From IMG/VR virus record IMGVR_UViG_3300047160_005605, positions 1-64,000 of that record: a stretch of DNA of 64,000 nt. One strand, given 5' to 3'. Shown in pieces: positions 25,066-34,311 of the stretch. The stretch is from a virus (taxonomy: Duplodnaviria; Caudoviricetes). The position numbers and the translations under genes are program-made. Position 1 is the first letter of the stretch; the number at the start of each line of letters is the position of its first letter. The notes under the pieces are model-generated. The model was not told the origin of the DNA. It made no database searches and saw nothing but the letters and a program-made list of their open reading frames with translations.

Positions 25066-26261
25066 TGAAAGGTTTCTTCCAACCTTCGCAGTTAATCTCT
25101 AAGCCCCCTGCCTCCTTGGTTCCGAAGTGTGGTGCGTGTGGGCTGTTTAAGACGTGCCATTCTCCCAAGATGGAACCGAGCGGCAGGGGGATTAAGAAGA
25201 TCCTAGTGGTCGGGGAAGCGCCGGGTGCCACCGAAGATGAAGAGGGGTTGCAATTCGTCGGTGAAGCGGGAGAGACATTAGATAAATACTTCCGCAAATG
25301 CGGCATAGACATGCGCAAGGATTGCCTGATAACCAATGCCCTCATCTGTCGTCCGCCAGCGAACAAAACACCAACCGACAAGCAGATCGACTACTGCCGG
25401 CCCAACCTCCTAAAGACCATGAAGCAATATGATCCGAACATCATCATCTTGCTTGGAGGCGTTGCCACTGAGAGCTTCATAGGTTATTACTGGAAGCAGC
25501 ATAGCGGGGGGATAGGCCGATGGGCTGGCTTTATCATACCTTCGTATCATCCTAACGCTTGGGTCTGCCCAACCTATCATCCGTCTTACCTGAACCGCAT
25601 CAACAACCCCGTGGCAGACTTGCTCTTTGAGCGACACCTAAGGGCGGCGCTCGCGTGCAAGGGCAAGCCGTGGGATACGATCCCGATGGCGGAAGTCAAT
25701 CGCATCTATGACGATAGCGAAGCCGCAGCCGCTATACGCTCATTCTGCAAAGGCCGCTACGCTGCATTTGACTATGAGACGAATATGTTAAAGGCAGACA
25801 GCGAGCAAGCGCGCATAGTCTGCGCGTCTATATCAGATGGTAAGCGCACGATAGCATTCCCATTCGATGGCAAAGTCATCCCAGCAATGAGTGAGTTTGT
25901 CATCTCCGATTGCTTGAAGATAGCCGCTAATCTAAAGTTCGAGACCAGATGGAGTATCGCCAAGCTTGGAATCAGCCCAAGAAATTGGTGGCACGATACG
26001 ATGTTAGCGGCGCATTGGCTAGACTGCCGACCAGACATAACCGGATTGAAATTCCAAGCGTATACTCGCCTGGGGGTACTATCCTATGACGATCATATCC
26101 GCCCCTTTCTGAGAGAGAGTGAAGGCAACAAAGTCAATCGCATTAAGGATATAGCGATGAAAGACTTACTCCTCTACTGCGGAACCGATAGTCTTCTTGA
26201 GTACAGGTTGGCATTCAAGCAGAGGGAACAACTTGAAACCAGCGACGATGGAAGCGTATAA
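25062..26261 (+). CDS. Family-4 uracil-DNA glycosylase domain plus 3'-5' exonuclease domain (N-terminal part of a SPO1-like DNA polymerase)
   Basis: CGAC..C, VGEAPG, FVG, NALICRP, TYHPS; ExoI FDYET, ExoII NLKFE, ExoIII YCGTD. Confidence 0.9.
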   Translation: MMKGFFQPSQLISKPPASLVPKCGACGLFKTCHSPKMEPSGRGIKKILVVGEAPGATEDEEGLQFVGEAGETLDKYFRKCGIDMRKDCLITNALICRPPANKTPTDKQIDYCRPNLLKTMKQYDPNIIILLGGVATESFIGYYWKQHSGGIGRWAGFIIPSYHPNAWVCPTYHPSYLNRINNPVADLLFERHLRAALACKGKPWDTIPMAEVNRIYDDSEAAAAIRSFCKGRYAAFDYETNMLKADSEQARIVCASISDGKRTIAFPFDGKVIPAMSEFVISDCLKIAANLKFETRWSIAKLGISPRNWWHDTMLAAHWLDCRPDITGLKFQAYTRLGVLSYDDHIRPFLRESEGNKVNRIKDIAMKDLLLYCGTDSLLEYRLAFKQREQLETSDDGSV

Positions 26262-27621
26262 GCTGCTGCACGATGGGTCGATAGCGCTCGCCAGAGTGGA
26301 AGCCAATGGCATGCGCATCGACATGCGACACCTAGAGAACACAGCAAGGCGAGCGACGTTCCGTGCCAAGTTCCTCACTGAGCTATTAGAGAAGGACCCT
26401 ATCTATGGTAAGTGGCGTGCGCGCTTTGGTCGCAGTGCGAGCCTCACCAAGCGCCAGCAATTCGCCTATGTGCTGTTTGATATCCTCAAGTATGAGTGCC
26501 GAGCGAGAACAGCACCGACGGCAGCGTATCCTTTGGGCCAACCCAAGACCGATAAGAAAAGCCTAGCCCACATAGACTCGGAGTTCGTGCAAGACTACTT
26601 TCGCCTGATGAAATACCTTAGGATTAAGAGCACCTTCTTAGAGGGGATAAAGAGAGAAGTGGTCAATGGCTTCTTGCATCCCATCCAGAATCTTAACATA
26701 GCGCGCACTTACAGGGGATCGAGCGATCACCCCAACGGACAAAACTTCCCCGTGCGCGATCCTGAAATGGGCAAGATGATCCGTCAGTGCATCATCCCGC
26801 GCAATAAGAACTACGTCGGCGTGGAGTTTGACTTCAAAGGTATAGAGGTCGCGGTCGCTGCTTGCTACTGCAAGGATCCCAATCTCATATCCTATGTGAG
26901 CGATCCGTCAAAGGATATGCACCGAGATATGGCGGCGCAATGCTATATGTTGCCGCCAGACAAGGTGAGCAAGTACCTAAGATACTGTGCCAAAAATCAA
27001 TTCGTCTTTCCGCAATTCTATGGCGACTTCTATCCTCACTGCGCCAGAGCGCTTTGGGAATCTCTAGACCGCGAGCCAGAAGTCAAGGGTTATCTTGCGA
27101 GCAAAGGCATCCGCAAGCTTGGCAAATGTGATCCTCAAATAGACCCCGTGAAGGGAACCTTTGAATATCATATCAAAGAGGTAGAAGCAGACTTTTGGGG
27201 TCGCAGGTTTGAGAAGTACGCTCAGTGGAAGAAGCGACAGTGGGAGCAATACCAAGAAGAAGGTGGGTTTAACTTCTTCACGGGCTTTGCCGAGACGGGC
27301 ATATTCTCGCGCAATGACGTTACCAATCATCGGATTCAAGGTAGCGCTTTTCATATCCTCTTGTGGACTCTGATACAGACCGACAAGTGGCTGCGGCAAC
27401 GGAGAATGCGCAGCAAGATCATCAACCAGATCCATGACAGTATGATGATGGACGTGCATAGGAGCGAGTACCAAGAAGTGCTTGCCAAAGTGATCCGCAT
27501 AGCTACTATCGAAGTGCGCGAGCATTGGCCTTGGATTATCGTGCCTCTAACCATTGAGGTCGAGAAGTACAAGACCAATTGGCATAACAAGAGACCCGTT
27601 AAACTGGAGGCTGTAGCATGA
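26248..27621 (+). CDS. Family A DNA polymerase catalytic part
   Basis: VEANGMRID, TYRGSSDHPNGQN, motif A FDFKGIE, motif B RYCAKNQFVFPQFYG, motif C QIHDSM. Confidence 0.92.
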   Translation: MEAYKLLHDGSIALARVEANGMRIDMRHLENTARRATFRAKFLTELLEKDPIYGKWRARFGRSASLTKRQQFAYVLFDILKYECRARTAPTAAYPLGQPKTDKKSLAHIDSEFVQDYFRLMKYLRIKSTFLEGIKREVVNGFLHPIQNLNIARTYRGSSDHPNGQNFPVRDPEMGKMIRQCIIPRNKNYVGVEFDFKGIEVAVAACYCKDPNLISYVSDPSKDMHRDMAAQCYMLPPDKVSKYLRYCAKNQFVFPQFYGDFYPHCARALWESLDREPEVKGYLASKGIRKLGKCDPQIDPVKGTFEYHIKEVEADFWGRRFEKYAQWKKRQWEQYQEEGGFNFFTGFAETGIFSRNDVTNHRIQGSAFHILLWTLIQTDKWLRQRRMRSKIINQIHDSMMMDVHRSEYQEVLAKVIRIATIEVREHWPWIIVPLTIEVEKYKTNWHNKRPVKLEAVA

Positions 27622-27986
27622 GAATTGCATCCGCACTTCTGCTTATCGTGGTGGTTGGCCAAGTTAAGGCTGGGCAAGACGCGCTAGATGAAGTGAATGC
27701 CGCGAGAGCGAGACGTGGCCTGCTTCCTTACGTCCGTGATGCCGGGTTGACAGCAGGAGCAATCTGCGTGGCAGACTTCCGGGCACAGCGCTTAATCTCC
27801 GGCCATACCGGGAATGACTTTAGAGGACTGCCTCCAGGCGTCAATGCCAGAGTGTCAGGTTGCGCCGCCTGGGAGCCGCACATGGGATGGGGAGCCTGCT
27901 GCACGTTTGAGCGCTGGCATTACGCTGGCGCTGCATGGTCAATGGGTCGGGATGGGCGAAGATACATGCAGCTATTCTGCCGGTGA
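27618..27986 (+). CDS. Secreted CAP/SCP-like domain protein
   Basis: Signal peptide; ALDEVNAARARRGLLP...GH. Confidence 0.65.
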   Translation: MRIASALLLIVVVGQVKAGQDALDEVNAARARRGLLPYVRDAGLTAGAICVADFRAQRLISGHTGNDFRGLPPGVNARVSGCAAWEPHMGWGACCTFERWHYAGAAWSMGRDGRRYMQLFCR

Positions 27987-27989
27987 AAT

Positions 27990-28337
27990 ATGTGGCTGTG
28001 CAACAAATGTAACAAGGTCAACAATCAGAAAGGACATCCGGGCATCTGCTCTGTCTGCAAATGCCCAGAACATCGGCACGTAGAAAGGAGTTACGTATCC
28101 GCACAACGGAGATTGACAGAGCGCGAAGAGAAACCGAAAATCAAACGTAAAGGATTTATGGATGAGCGAACTTTATCGGAAGTATCGGCCAAAAGAGTTC
28201 GGTGGCGTCCTCGGACAGGACACAGCGGTGAGGATTGTTACGTCGGCGTTGAAACAGAGGAGGGTCCCGCATTCGATTTTGTTCACTGGTCCTCCTGGTA
28301 CGGGGAAGACCACTATGGCCCGTATTTTGACAGCTAA
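27990..28337 (+). CDS. Small zinc-finger protein carrying VSAQRRL
   Basis: CNKC...CSVC; 3' part overlaps the clamp-loader gene, so the true extent is uncertain. Confidence 0.45.
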   Translation: MWLCNKCNKVNNQKGHPGICSVCKCPEHRHVERSYVSAQRRLTEREEKPKIKRKGFMDERTLSEVSAKRVRWRPRTGHSGEDCYVGVETEEGPAFDFVHWSSWYGEDHYGPYFDS

Positions 28338-29079
28338 GCTGGAATGCTCTAGCCATGACTATTACGAGAAAAACTCGGCGGACTTTCGCGGCATCGACAC
28401 GGTTAGAGATATGCGCAAGCTGCTCTATCTGTCTCGCCGCGGAGGCAAGAATCGTGTCTTTGTACTCGATGAAGTGCACAAGATGACCAACGACGCGCAG
28501 ACGGCGCTGCTCAAGATGCTAGAAGATACGCCGCCACACGTCTATTTCATGCTTTGCACTACCGAACCAACCAAAGTCATAAGTGCCATACACTCGCGCT
28601 GCACGGAGATAAAGCTTAGTCCCGTAGCCGACAGCGTGCTCGGGAAGTTAGTGCGCACTATCGCTGCCAAAGTAGGCTGCAAGCACACCGACAAAGTATA
28701 TGATCGCATAGTCGAAGTCGCCGAAGGTTCAGCGCGCAAGGCATTAGTGCTTCTGCAAGCCACCCTAGACTTTGAGGATGAAGAGGAATGCCTCAACTCG
28801 ATACGCTCTACCCAAGCGAAGCAAGATGCCATTGAAATAGCCAGAGCGCTTATCCGTGGCGCATATTGGAAGGACCTGGCGAAGATCCTCAAAGAGGTTG
28901 ATGAGGAGCCAGAGACGATTCGCCATCTAGTGCTTGCCTATGCCACCACTGTGCTGCTCAATGGAGGGGGAGCAGCGCCTAGGGCATTCTTCGTTGTCAA
29001 CGCATTCCGAGACAACTTCTTTGACAGTAAGAAAGCTGGCTTAGTGGCAGCTTGTTGGGAGGTATGTGGTCGTAAATGA
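28162..29079 (+). CDS. Clamp loader AAA+ subunit (DnaX/RFC-like)
   Basis: LYRKYRP, GPPGTGKT, VLDEVH, AQTALLKMLE, IHSRC. Confidence 0.92.
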   Translation: MSELYRKYRPKEFGGVLGQDTAVRIVTSALKQRRVPHSILFTGPPGTGKTTMARILTAKLECSSHDYYEKNSADFRGIDTVRDMRKLLYLSRRGGKNRVFVLDEVHKMTNDAQTALLKMLEDTPPHVYFMLCTTEPTKVISAIHSRCTEIKLSPVADSVLGKLVRTIAAKVGCKHTDKVYDRIVEVAEGSARKALVLLQATLDFEDEEECLNSIRSTQAKQDAIEIARALIRGAYWKDLAKILKEVDEEPETIRHLVLAYATTVLLNGGGAAPRAFFVVNAFRDNFFDSKKAGLVAACWEVCGRK

Positions 29080-29215
29080 GCGCATGCCACAATAATAATA
29101 GTGAGGGATGCTATGTTGCGCTTCGATCAATGGCTTTTGATTGTGGTGGTGGTTCTGTTCATGTATTTCTTGGCTAGGATCCTGTTCTTTATAAGTAGGG
29201 CAAAGGAGACCGATC

Positions 29216-29707
29216 GTGAAGAAGAAAAAGAATCAGAACAGCCAGACGGGTTTGGAAGGTATTTTCAATCTGAAGAGGACAACTCTTGACGAAGAGTGGA
29301 TCCGTCAACCGGCGCTCTTTCACAAGCACGCCATGAAGCTCGTGGATGCTCGGGAAGAGCTAGAGCGCGCCAAAGCCGACCTGCTGCTTATCGAAGCAGA
29401 GATGGATCAGAACATCCGTCTCAAGCCGGATAACTTCGGCATCGACAAGGTGACCGAAGGCGCGATCAAGAATGCCATTCTCGTTCAACCTGAGTACCGA
29501 GATGGAGCCGAGCGCATCATCAAGGCCAAGCGCCGCGTCGGTGAAGAGGAAGCCATGTGCGACGCGCTCGACCATCGCAAGAGAGCGTTAGAGAATCTCG
29601 TTATGTTGGAAGCCAGAGATTACTTCGCAGTCCCTAGAGTTAAGGAGGATGCCGCGCGTGAGCATGTCCACAAGATGGAGCAGGGATCCGCCCGCACTGC
29701 CTTATGA
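29216..29707 (+). CDS. UvsY-like recombination mediator
   Basis: Helical protein with VTEGAIKNAIL..PEY and ALDHRKRALENL; next to SSB and RecA. Confidence 0.55.
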   Translation: MKKKKNQNSQTGLEGIFNLKRTTLDEEWIRQPALFHKHAMKLVDAREELERAKADLLLIEAEMDQNIRLKPDNFGIDKVTEGAIKNAILVQPEYRDGAERIIKAKRRVGEEEAMCDALDHRKRALENLVMLEARDYFAVPRVKEDAAREHVHKMEQGSARTAL

Positions 29708-29719
29708 GAGGAGGCCACA

Positions 29720-29911
29720 ATGAGAGAGTGGGTTGCTGCCTTTGGCATCACCATTGCGCTGTTACCCATTGTTGTCTACTTCTGTGTGAAATTGGGTACC
29801 TACGCATTTTTACGTGCAAGGTATTTGTTCGAGCAAAATCATCCCAAAAGGAGAGAGACCCATGACGGTACGTTCTCGGAAGAAACAGGAAGAGAGGAAA
29901 GTGTCGGCTGA
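29720..29911 (+). CDS. Small membrane protein
   Basis: Hydrophobic N-terminal helix; GGAGG RBS. Confidence 0.5.
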   Translation: MREWVAAFGITIALLPIVVYFCVKLGTYAFLRARYLFEQNHPKRRETHDGTFSEETGREESVG

Positions 29912-31208
29912 GCGGCGCTTGAAGGAGCATCGCAGCGGCTTTAGTGCCACGTCGCTCAAGATTCCCGATGGCACCAACATCCTTTCGGTGAAGAAAGAGG
30001 GCAACATTAGCATGGATGTTATCCCCTACACAGTGGGCAAAGGCAACCCCTACGCCGACGAAGGCGAGTTATACTACGAGCGCACTTACTGGTGCCATCG
30101 CGGCGTTGGTCCGAACAAGGACAGCTACATCTGCATGGCAAAGACCTTCGGGAAAAAGTGCTTCATCTGCGATTACCGCAGCAAGCTGGCCGCCGACCCC
30201 GAGTCCGACGAAAAGCTGGTGCGTTCGCTCGCTCCCAGCGAGCGCCAGCTTTGGAACGTGCGCCTGACCAAAGAGCCTGAGAAGATTTACCTTTTCGATT
30301 ACTCGTGGTGGCTCTTCGGCAAACATCTCGACAACAAGATCAATAACGCTGAGGACAAGGACAAGGATCGCTACAAGCTGTTCGCCGATCCCGAGGTCGG
30401 GCGCACGCTCAAGATCGGCATCACCAAAGACGAAGGCGGCGGCATGACCTCCTACACCATGTCCGATATCGAGTTGCGCAAGCGTGAGGAAGCGCTCCCC
30501 AAGGACATTCTCGAATCTGCGCTCTGCCTTGACGACCTGCTGCGCGAAGTCACTTACTCTGACCTCAAGCAAGCATTCTTGCAAGCCGAGGATGCCGACG
30601 AGCGCGACGGGGATGGCGAGGAAGAAGAGGACGAGGATGAAGAAACTTCAGAAGAGGAGGACGAGGATGAAGATGAGGAGAAGGACGAAGATGATGACGT
30701 GGAAGAGGAGGATGAAGAGACTGGAGAGGGAGGCAACGAAGAAGGCGAGGAAGAAGAAGAGGACGACGACAACCGAGACGAGCCCGAAGAATCCAAAGCC
30801 TCCGACTTCGATATCGAAGAAGGCTCACTTGTAAAGCATCCTAAATTCGGTACGTGCGAAGTCTTTAAGGTCAGCCGCGATGGGACCTCCCTCACCCTAG
30901 AGGACAAGAAAGGCAAGATGCACACAGCGGTCGCTCCGGATGAGGTGAAGCTCGTCAAGGCCGATGAGCCGAAGAAGCCCACCTCCAAGAAGCCGTCAAC
31001 TTCCACCAAAGACACTCCATTCGATGAGGAGGACGAAGATGAGAGCGGCGAAGAGGATGTGGAAGACAGCGATGGCGAAGAAGAAGAGGTGGAAGAAGAG
31101 GAAGGCGATGACGATGGAGAAGGCGAGGAAGATGAGGGAGACGAGGAAGAAGTGAAGCCCAAGCCGAAGCCCAAGTCCAACAAGAACGTCCGCAGGGGCA
31201 AGAAGTAG
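29862..31208 (+). CDS. gp32-like single-stranded DNA-binding protein with very long acidic tail and an internal Tudor/KOW-like domain
   Basis: H/C zinc ligands (CHRG...YICM..TFGKKCFIC), OB-like core, D/E-rich C-terminal half. Confidence 0.7.
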   Translation: MTVRSRKKQEERKVSAERRLKEHRSGFSATSLKIPDGTNILSVKKEGNISMDVIPYTVGKGNPYADEGELYYERTYWCHRGVGPNKDSYICMAKTFGKKCFICDYRSKLAADPESDEKLVRSLAPSERQLWNVRLTKEPEKIYLFDYSWWLFGKHLDNKINNAEDKDKDRYKLFADPEVGRTLKIGITKDEGGGMTSYTMSDIELRKREEALPKDILESALCLDDLLREVTYSDLKQAFLQAEDADERDGDGEEEEDEDEETSEEEDEDEDEEKDEDDDVEEEDEETGEGGNEEGEEEEEDDDNRDEPEESKASDFDIEEGSLVKHPKFGTCEVFKVSRDGTSLTLEDKKGKMHTAVAPDEVKLVKADEPKKPTSKKPSTSTKDTPFDEEDEDESGEEDVEDSDGEEEEVEEEEGDDDGEGEEDEGDEEEVKPKPKPKSNKNVRRGKK

Positions 31209-31221
31209 CCACCTTCCCTAG

Positions 31222-31254
31222 CAGAGGTCAGGGATGACCTCTGCCCTTCTTTCT
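31222..31254 (+). terminator. Probable intrinsic terminator
   Basis: cagaggtca-ggga-tgacctctg hairpin then cccttctttct. Confidence 0.55.
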
Positions 31255-31264
31255 GGAGTGACCC

Positions 31265-32311
31265 ATGACAAGCGACTTGGCTAAGGCTCTGAAGAATGAC
31301 AAAGCATCGCCGAATAGCCTGCTCTCTTCTGGCTCCTCTCTTCTCAATCTATGCTGCTCGGGTAGAGTCAACGGCGCTATCCCCAAGGGCGCTTACGTGC
31401 TGTTTGCAGGTCGTACAGACAGCGGGAAAACGTGGCTAGCTCTGCAAGTGCTCGCTGAGGCCTGTGCGAGCAAGCAATTCGCCGATTATGAGATACACTT
31501 CGATAATGCCGAGAATGGCGCGCTGATGGACATCGCTCACTACTTCGGCAAGAAGCTAGACGAGCGCATGAAGATTGACCACAAGTCGGTTTACCTTGAG
31601 GAGTTTTACGACCACCTTGACGATATCATCAAGCGTAAGGTGCCGTTTGTATATGTCTTGGACTCTATGGATGCGCTGGTCTCCAAAGCAGCCCAAAAGC
31701 AATATGACAAGGAGAAAGCTGCACGCAAGAGCGGAGACAAAGTGAGTGGAGATTATGGTACAGCGAAGGCTAAGATCAACTCAACTTCGCTGCCGCGTAT
31801 CAATGCGGCATTGCAACGCTCTGGCTCAATCCTTATAATCATCTCTCAGGCGCGAGACAACATAGGTATTGGAGCACAATTCAATCCTGATACGCGGGCT
31901 GGAGGACGCGCATTGTCTTTCTACGCTCAGATGGAGCTATGGTTCAAGCCTATCGGCGAGCTAAAGCGAACCGTGCGCAAGAAGGCTCGCCAAGTGGGCA
32001 ACATCTCCCGCATAAAGGTCAAGAGGACGCGCGTCACCGGCCGTCGCCGGCAAATTGATCTTCCCATTTACCACTCTTTTGGTGTCGATGACGTGGGTAG
32101 TTGTATTGACTTTTTGACAGAGGAGTGTCACTGGACTGAGCGTGATGGGAAGGTCGATGCTAAGGACTTCAACTTTACCGGACCGAAGGAGAAGCTGATC
32201 CAGAAGATAGAGGCAGAAGGATTAGAAAAGGAGCTTCGCACGCTGGTAGCTAGTCTCTGGAACGAGATTGAACAAGCTTGCCAGATCAAACGTAAAAGGA
32301 GGTACACGTAA
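31265..32311 (+). CDS. RecA/UvsX-like recombinase
   Basis: SSGSSLLN, GRTDSGKT, DNAE, VLDSMDAL, ISQARDNIG, GGRALSFYA. Confidence 0.92.
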   Translation: MTSDLAKALKNDKASPNSLLSSGSSLLNLCCSGRVNGAIPKGAYVLFAGRTDSGKTWLALQVLAEACASKQFADYEIHFDNAENGALMDIAHYFGKKLDERMKIDHKSVYLEEFYDHLDDIIKRKVPFVYVLDSMDALVSKAAQKQYDKEKAARKSGDKVSGDYGTAKAKINSTSLPRINAALQRSGSILIIISQARDNIGIGAQFNPDTRAGGRALSFYAQMELWFKPIGELKRTVRKKARQVGNISRIKVKRTRVTGRRRQIDLPIYHSFGVDDVGSCIDFLTEECHWTERDGKVDAKDFNFTGPKEKLIQKIEAEGLEKELRTLVASLWNEIEQACQIKRKRRYT

Positions 32312-32496
32312 TGTTAGTATTGACTCGGCACGAAAAGGAAAGTATCAAGATCGGCGATAACGTGATCGTGAATGTTGTCAAGATCACTAGAGGCAAGGTG
32401 ACGCTAGGCATAGAAGCGCCAAAGAACATCACCGTACTCCGCAGTGAGATTGCCCACAAGTATGAGACACCAAATTTTCCAAGCCTGGAGCAATGA
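32311..32496 (+). CDS. csrA: Carbon storage regulator
   Basis: MLVLTR..KESIKIGD...VTLGIEAPK...LRSEI. Confidence 0.95.
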   Translation: MLVLTRHEKESIKIGDNVIVNVVKITRGKVTLGIEAPKNITVLRSEIAHKYETPNFPSLEQ

Positions 32497-33332
32497 TGCA
32501 CAAGACTTGGTTGATTATAGATGGCGACAATTGCGCTTGGCGCAACTTCTACGCGATGGGAGGATTGTCCTATGGCGGCGAGCCGACTGGAGCGATATTT
32601 GGCTTCTTCCGGGATATACTTGACCTCCAAGATACATTCTGCACACCTAACATTGCTTTCTGTTTTGATTCGGGTCCGAGCCTGCGCACGCAGCTTCTAC
32701 CTGACTATAAATCATCTCGCCGAACAAGGGAGAGAATACTCCCGAGAGAGCAGAAGCGCGCTCTTAAAGGCCTGCGCTCGCAGCTTGACAAGCTGTGCTG
32801 GGAGCACTTGCCAGCCATTGGTTTCAAGAACGTCTTTTGCGAGAAAGGGTACGAAGCGGACGATTTGATCGCTTCGCTCGTCCGAGACATAGAGGATTAT
32901 ATCATCATTGTTAGTACCGACCATGACCTCTACCAGCTTCTCGATGATAGGGTGATTGTCTATGACCAGCGCAAGAAAAAAGCCATTTCCCGAAAATCCT
33001 TTATCGAGCATTACGGAGTGGATCCCTATACATGGGATCTGGTCAAGGCAATCACAGGCGATACGACAGATGATATTCCGGGTATCCGGGGCATCGGCGT
33101 CAAGACGGCGTGCAAGTATGTCGCAGGTAAATTGCCCGAAAAGGATAAAAGGTTCGCTATAATCGAAAAGGATTTGAATGCGATCAAGCAGCGGACCATC
33201 CTCACTCGGATACCTTTCAGAGGAACTCCTTCCTTTCGTTTAGAGAAGGATAATGTATCATGTGAGAAGTGGCGTAAGGTACTCGGGAAACTAGGAATGG
33301 ACAGTTTACTTCGGAGAGTACCTCCATCATAA
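32493..33332 (+). CDS. 5'-3' exonuclease / flap endonuclease
   Basis: IIDGD, YKSSR, GYEADD, STDHDLYQL, GDTTDDIPGIRGIGVKTA. Confidence 0.93.
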   Translation: MMHKTWLIIDGDNCAWRNFYAMGGLSYGGEPTGAIFGFFRDILDLQDTFCTPNIAFCFDSGPSLRTQLLPDYKSSRRTRERILPREQKRALKGLRSQLDKLCWEHLPAIGFKNVFCEKGYEADDLIASLVRDIEDYIIIVSTDHDLYQLLDDRVIVYDQRKKKAISRKSFIEHYGVDPYTWDLVKAITGDTTDDIPGIRGIGVKTACKYVAGKLPEKDKRFAIIEKDLNAIKQRTILTRIPFRGTPSFRLEKDNVSCEKWRKVLGKLGMDSLLRRVPPS

Positions 33333-33344
33333 AGGAGATTGCTC

Positions 33345-34301
33345 ATGCCGCTGTCAACTGGAAAGAACCTCACTCTCATTCCTGCTGCCGGTTCTGACTG
33401 GCTGCATTTGTTCGAGGATCCGGATACTTGGCCGAATTGTCGCTCACAACTCGGCATGATTCAAATCTCTTATCAATCCCTCTGGAACCAGAAGTCGATG
33501 CCTTGGTTCGGTCCGAACGTCTGGCCGAACATCGAAGCAGAAGGTGTGGTCGAGAAGTGTCAATCTTGGAATATCGACCTATCATTCTTCACGGGGATCT
33601 GGAAACCGCAATACTTGCAAGATCCCAAGATTGCCATTCGAGACGCCAAGCAATGCTGCGATAACCTCTTCAGCGCCGGAGCGTTCTCAGTCATCGCCGA
33701 TATTGACGAAGGCTTTTACGGCGCTAAGCAATTAGGTGTCATGGATCTCGCAACGCAAGCGGGCAGGATTGCCGACTTCTACAAGTCGCTCAAGACCTTC
33801 TATGGAGACACCTTTGGTCTGGCGATTACTGAACCGTATCCCCCGCCCGGCCTCTCTCTAGAGGAGATCATCGCCGCCCTCACACAACTCCAAGAGCTAG
33901 AAGTGTCCATAGAGTGGTTTGATATTGATATCAATCACCGATGGATTTACCATTTCAATAACCCGCCGGCTCTGATAAGGCAACGACAATTCCACGAAGA
34001 TATGCCGAAGCTAGCGGCGTGGTGCAAGGCAGCGAATATCCCGTTTGGCGTGATCTTCTGGCCGGGATGGGACAACCAGACAACCAATCAGATGTATTGC
34101 GAGAACACGCTTGGATTTGTCGATGATTGGCTCGCCCTGGGGATGGAGACGCCCTCCCGCCTAGTGAGCGAATGCTGGGTATTCAGCGACGAAGCACATA
34201 CGCAGAAGCTAGTGCCGTCCAATCCGCCCGAAGATGAAACCTTTACCCATACGTGGTTGATCCGTGAAATCGCTTCCCGCTTCGGCTGGGGAGCAGTATA
34301 A
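33345..34301 (+). CDS. Stand-alone putative glycoside-hydrolase-like domain, paralog of an insert in the 1077-aa virion protein
   Basis: Shared WKPQY, IDEGFYGA, EPYP, IPFGxIFWP and WVFSD motifs. Confidence 0.7.
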   Translation: MPLSTGKNLTLIPAAGSDWLHLFEDPDTWPNCRSQLGMIQISYQSLWNQKSMPWFGPNVWPNIEAEGVVEKCQSWNIDLSFFTGIWKPQYLQDPKIAIRDAKQCCDNLFSAGAFSVIADIDEGFYGAKQLGVMDLATQAGRIADFYKSLKTFYGDTFGLAITEPYPPPGLSLEEIIAALTQLQELEVSIEWFDIDINHRWIYHFNNPPALIRQRQFHEDMPKLAAWCKAANIPFGVIFWPGWDNQTTNQMYCENTLGFVDDWLALGMETPSRLVSECWVFSDEAHTQKLVPSNPPEDETFTHTWLIREIASRFGWGAV

Positions 34302-34311
34302 GGAGATTGCC

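Noticed and set aside
30554-31212. Ser-rich and other - strand ORFs opposite the SSB tail, and similar antisense ORFs genome-wide
   Set aside because: Shadows of biased GAA/GAG/GAC codon use on the coding strand; no RBS or motifs.
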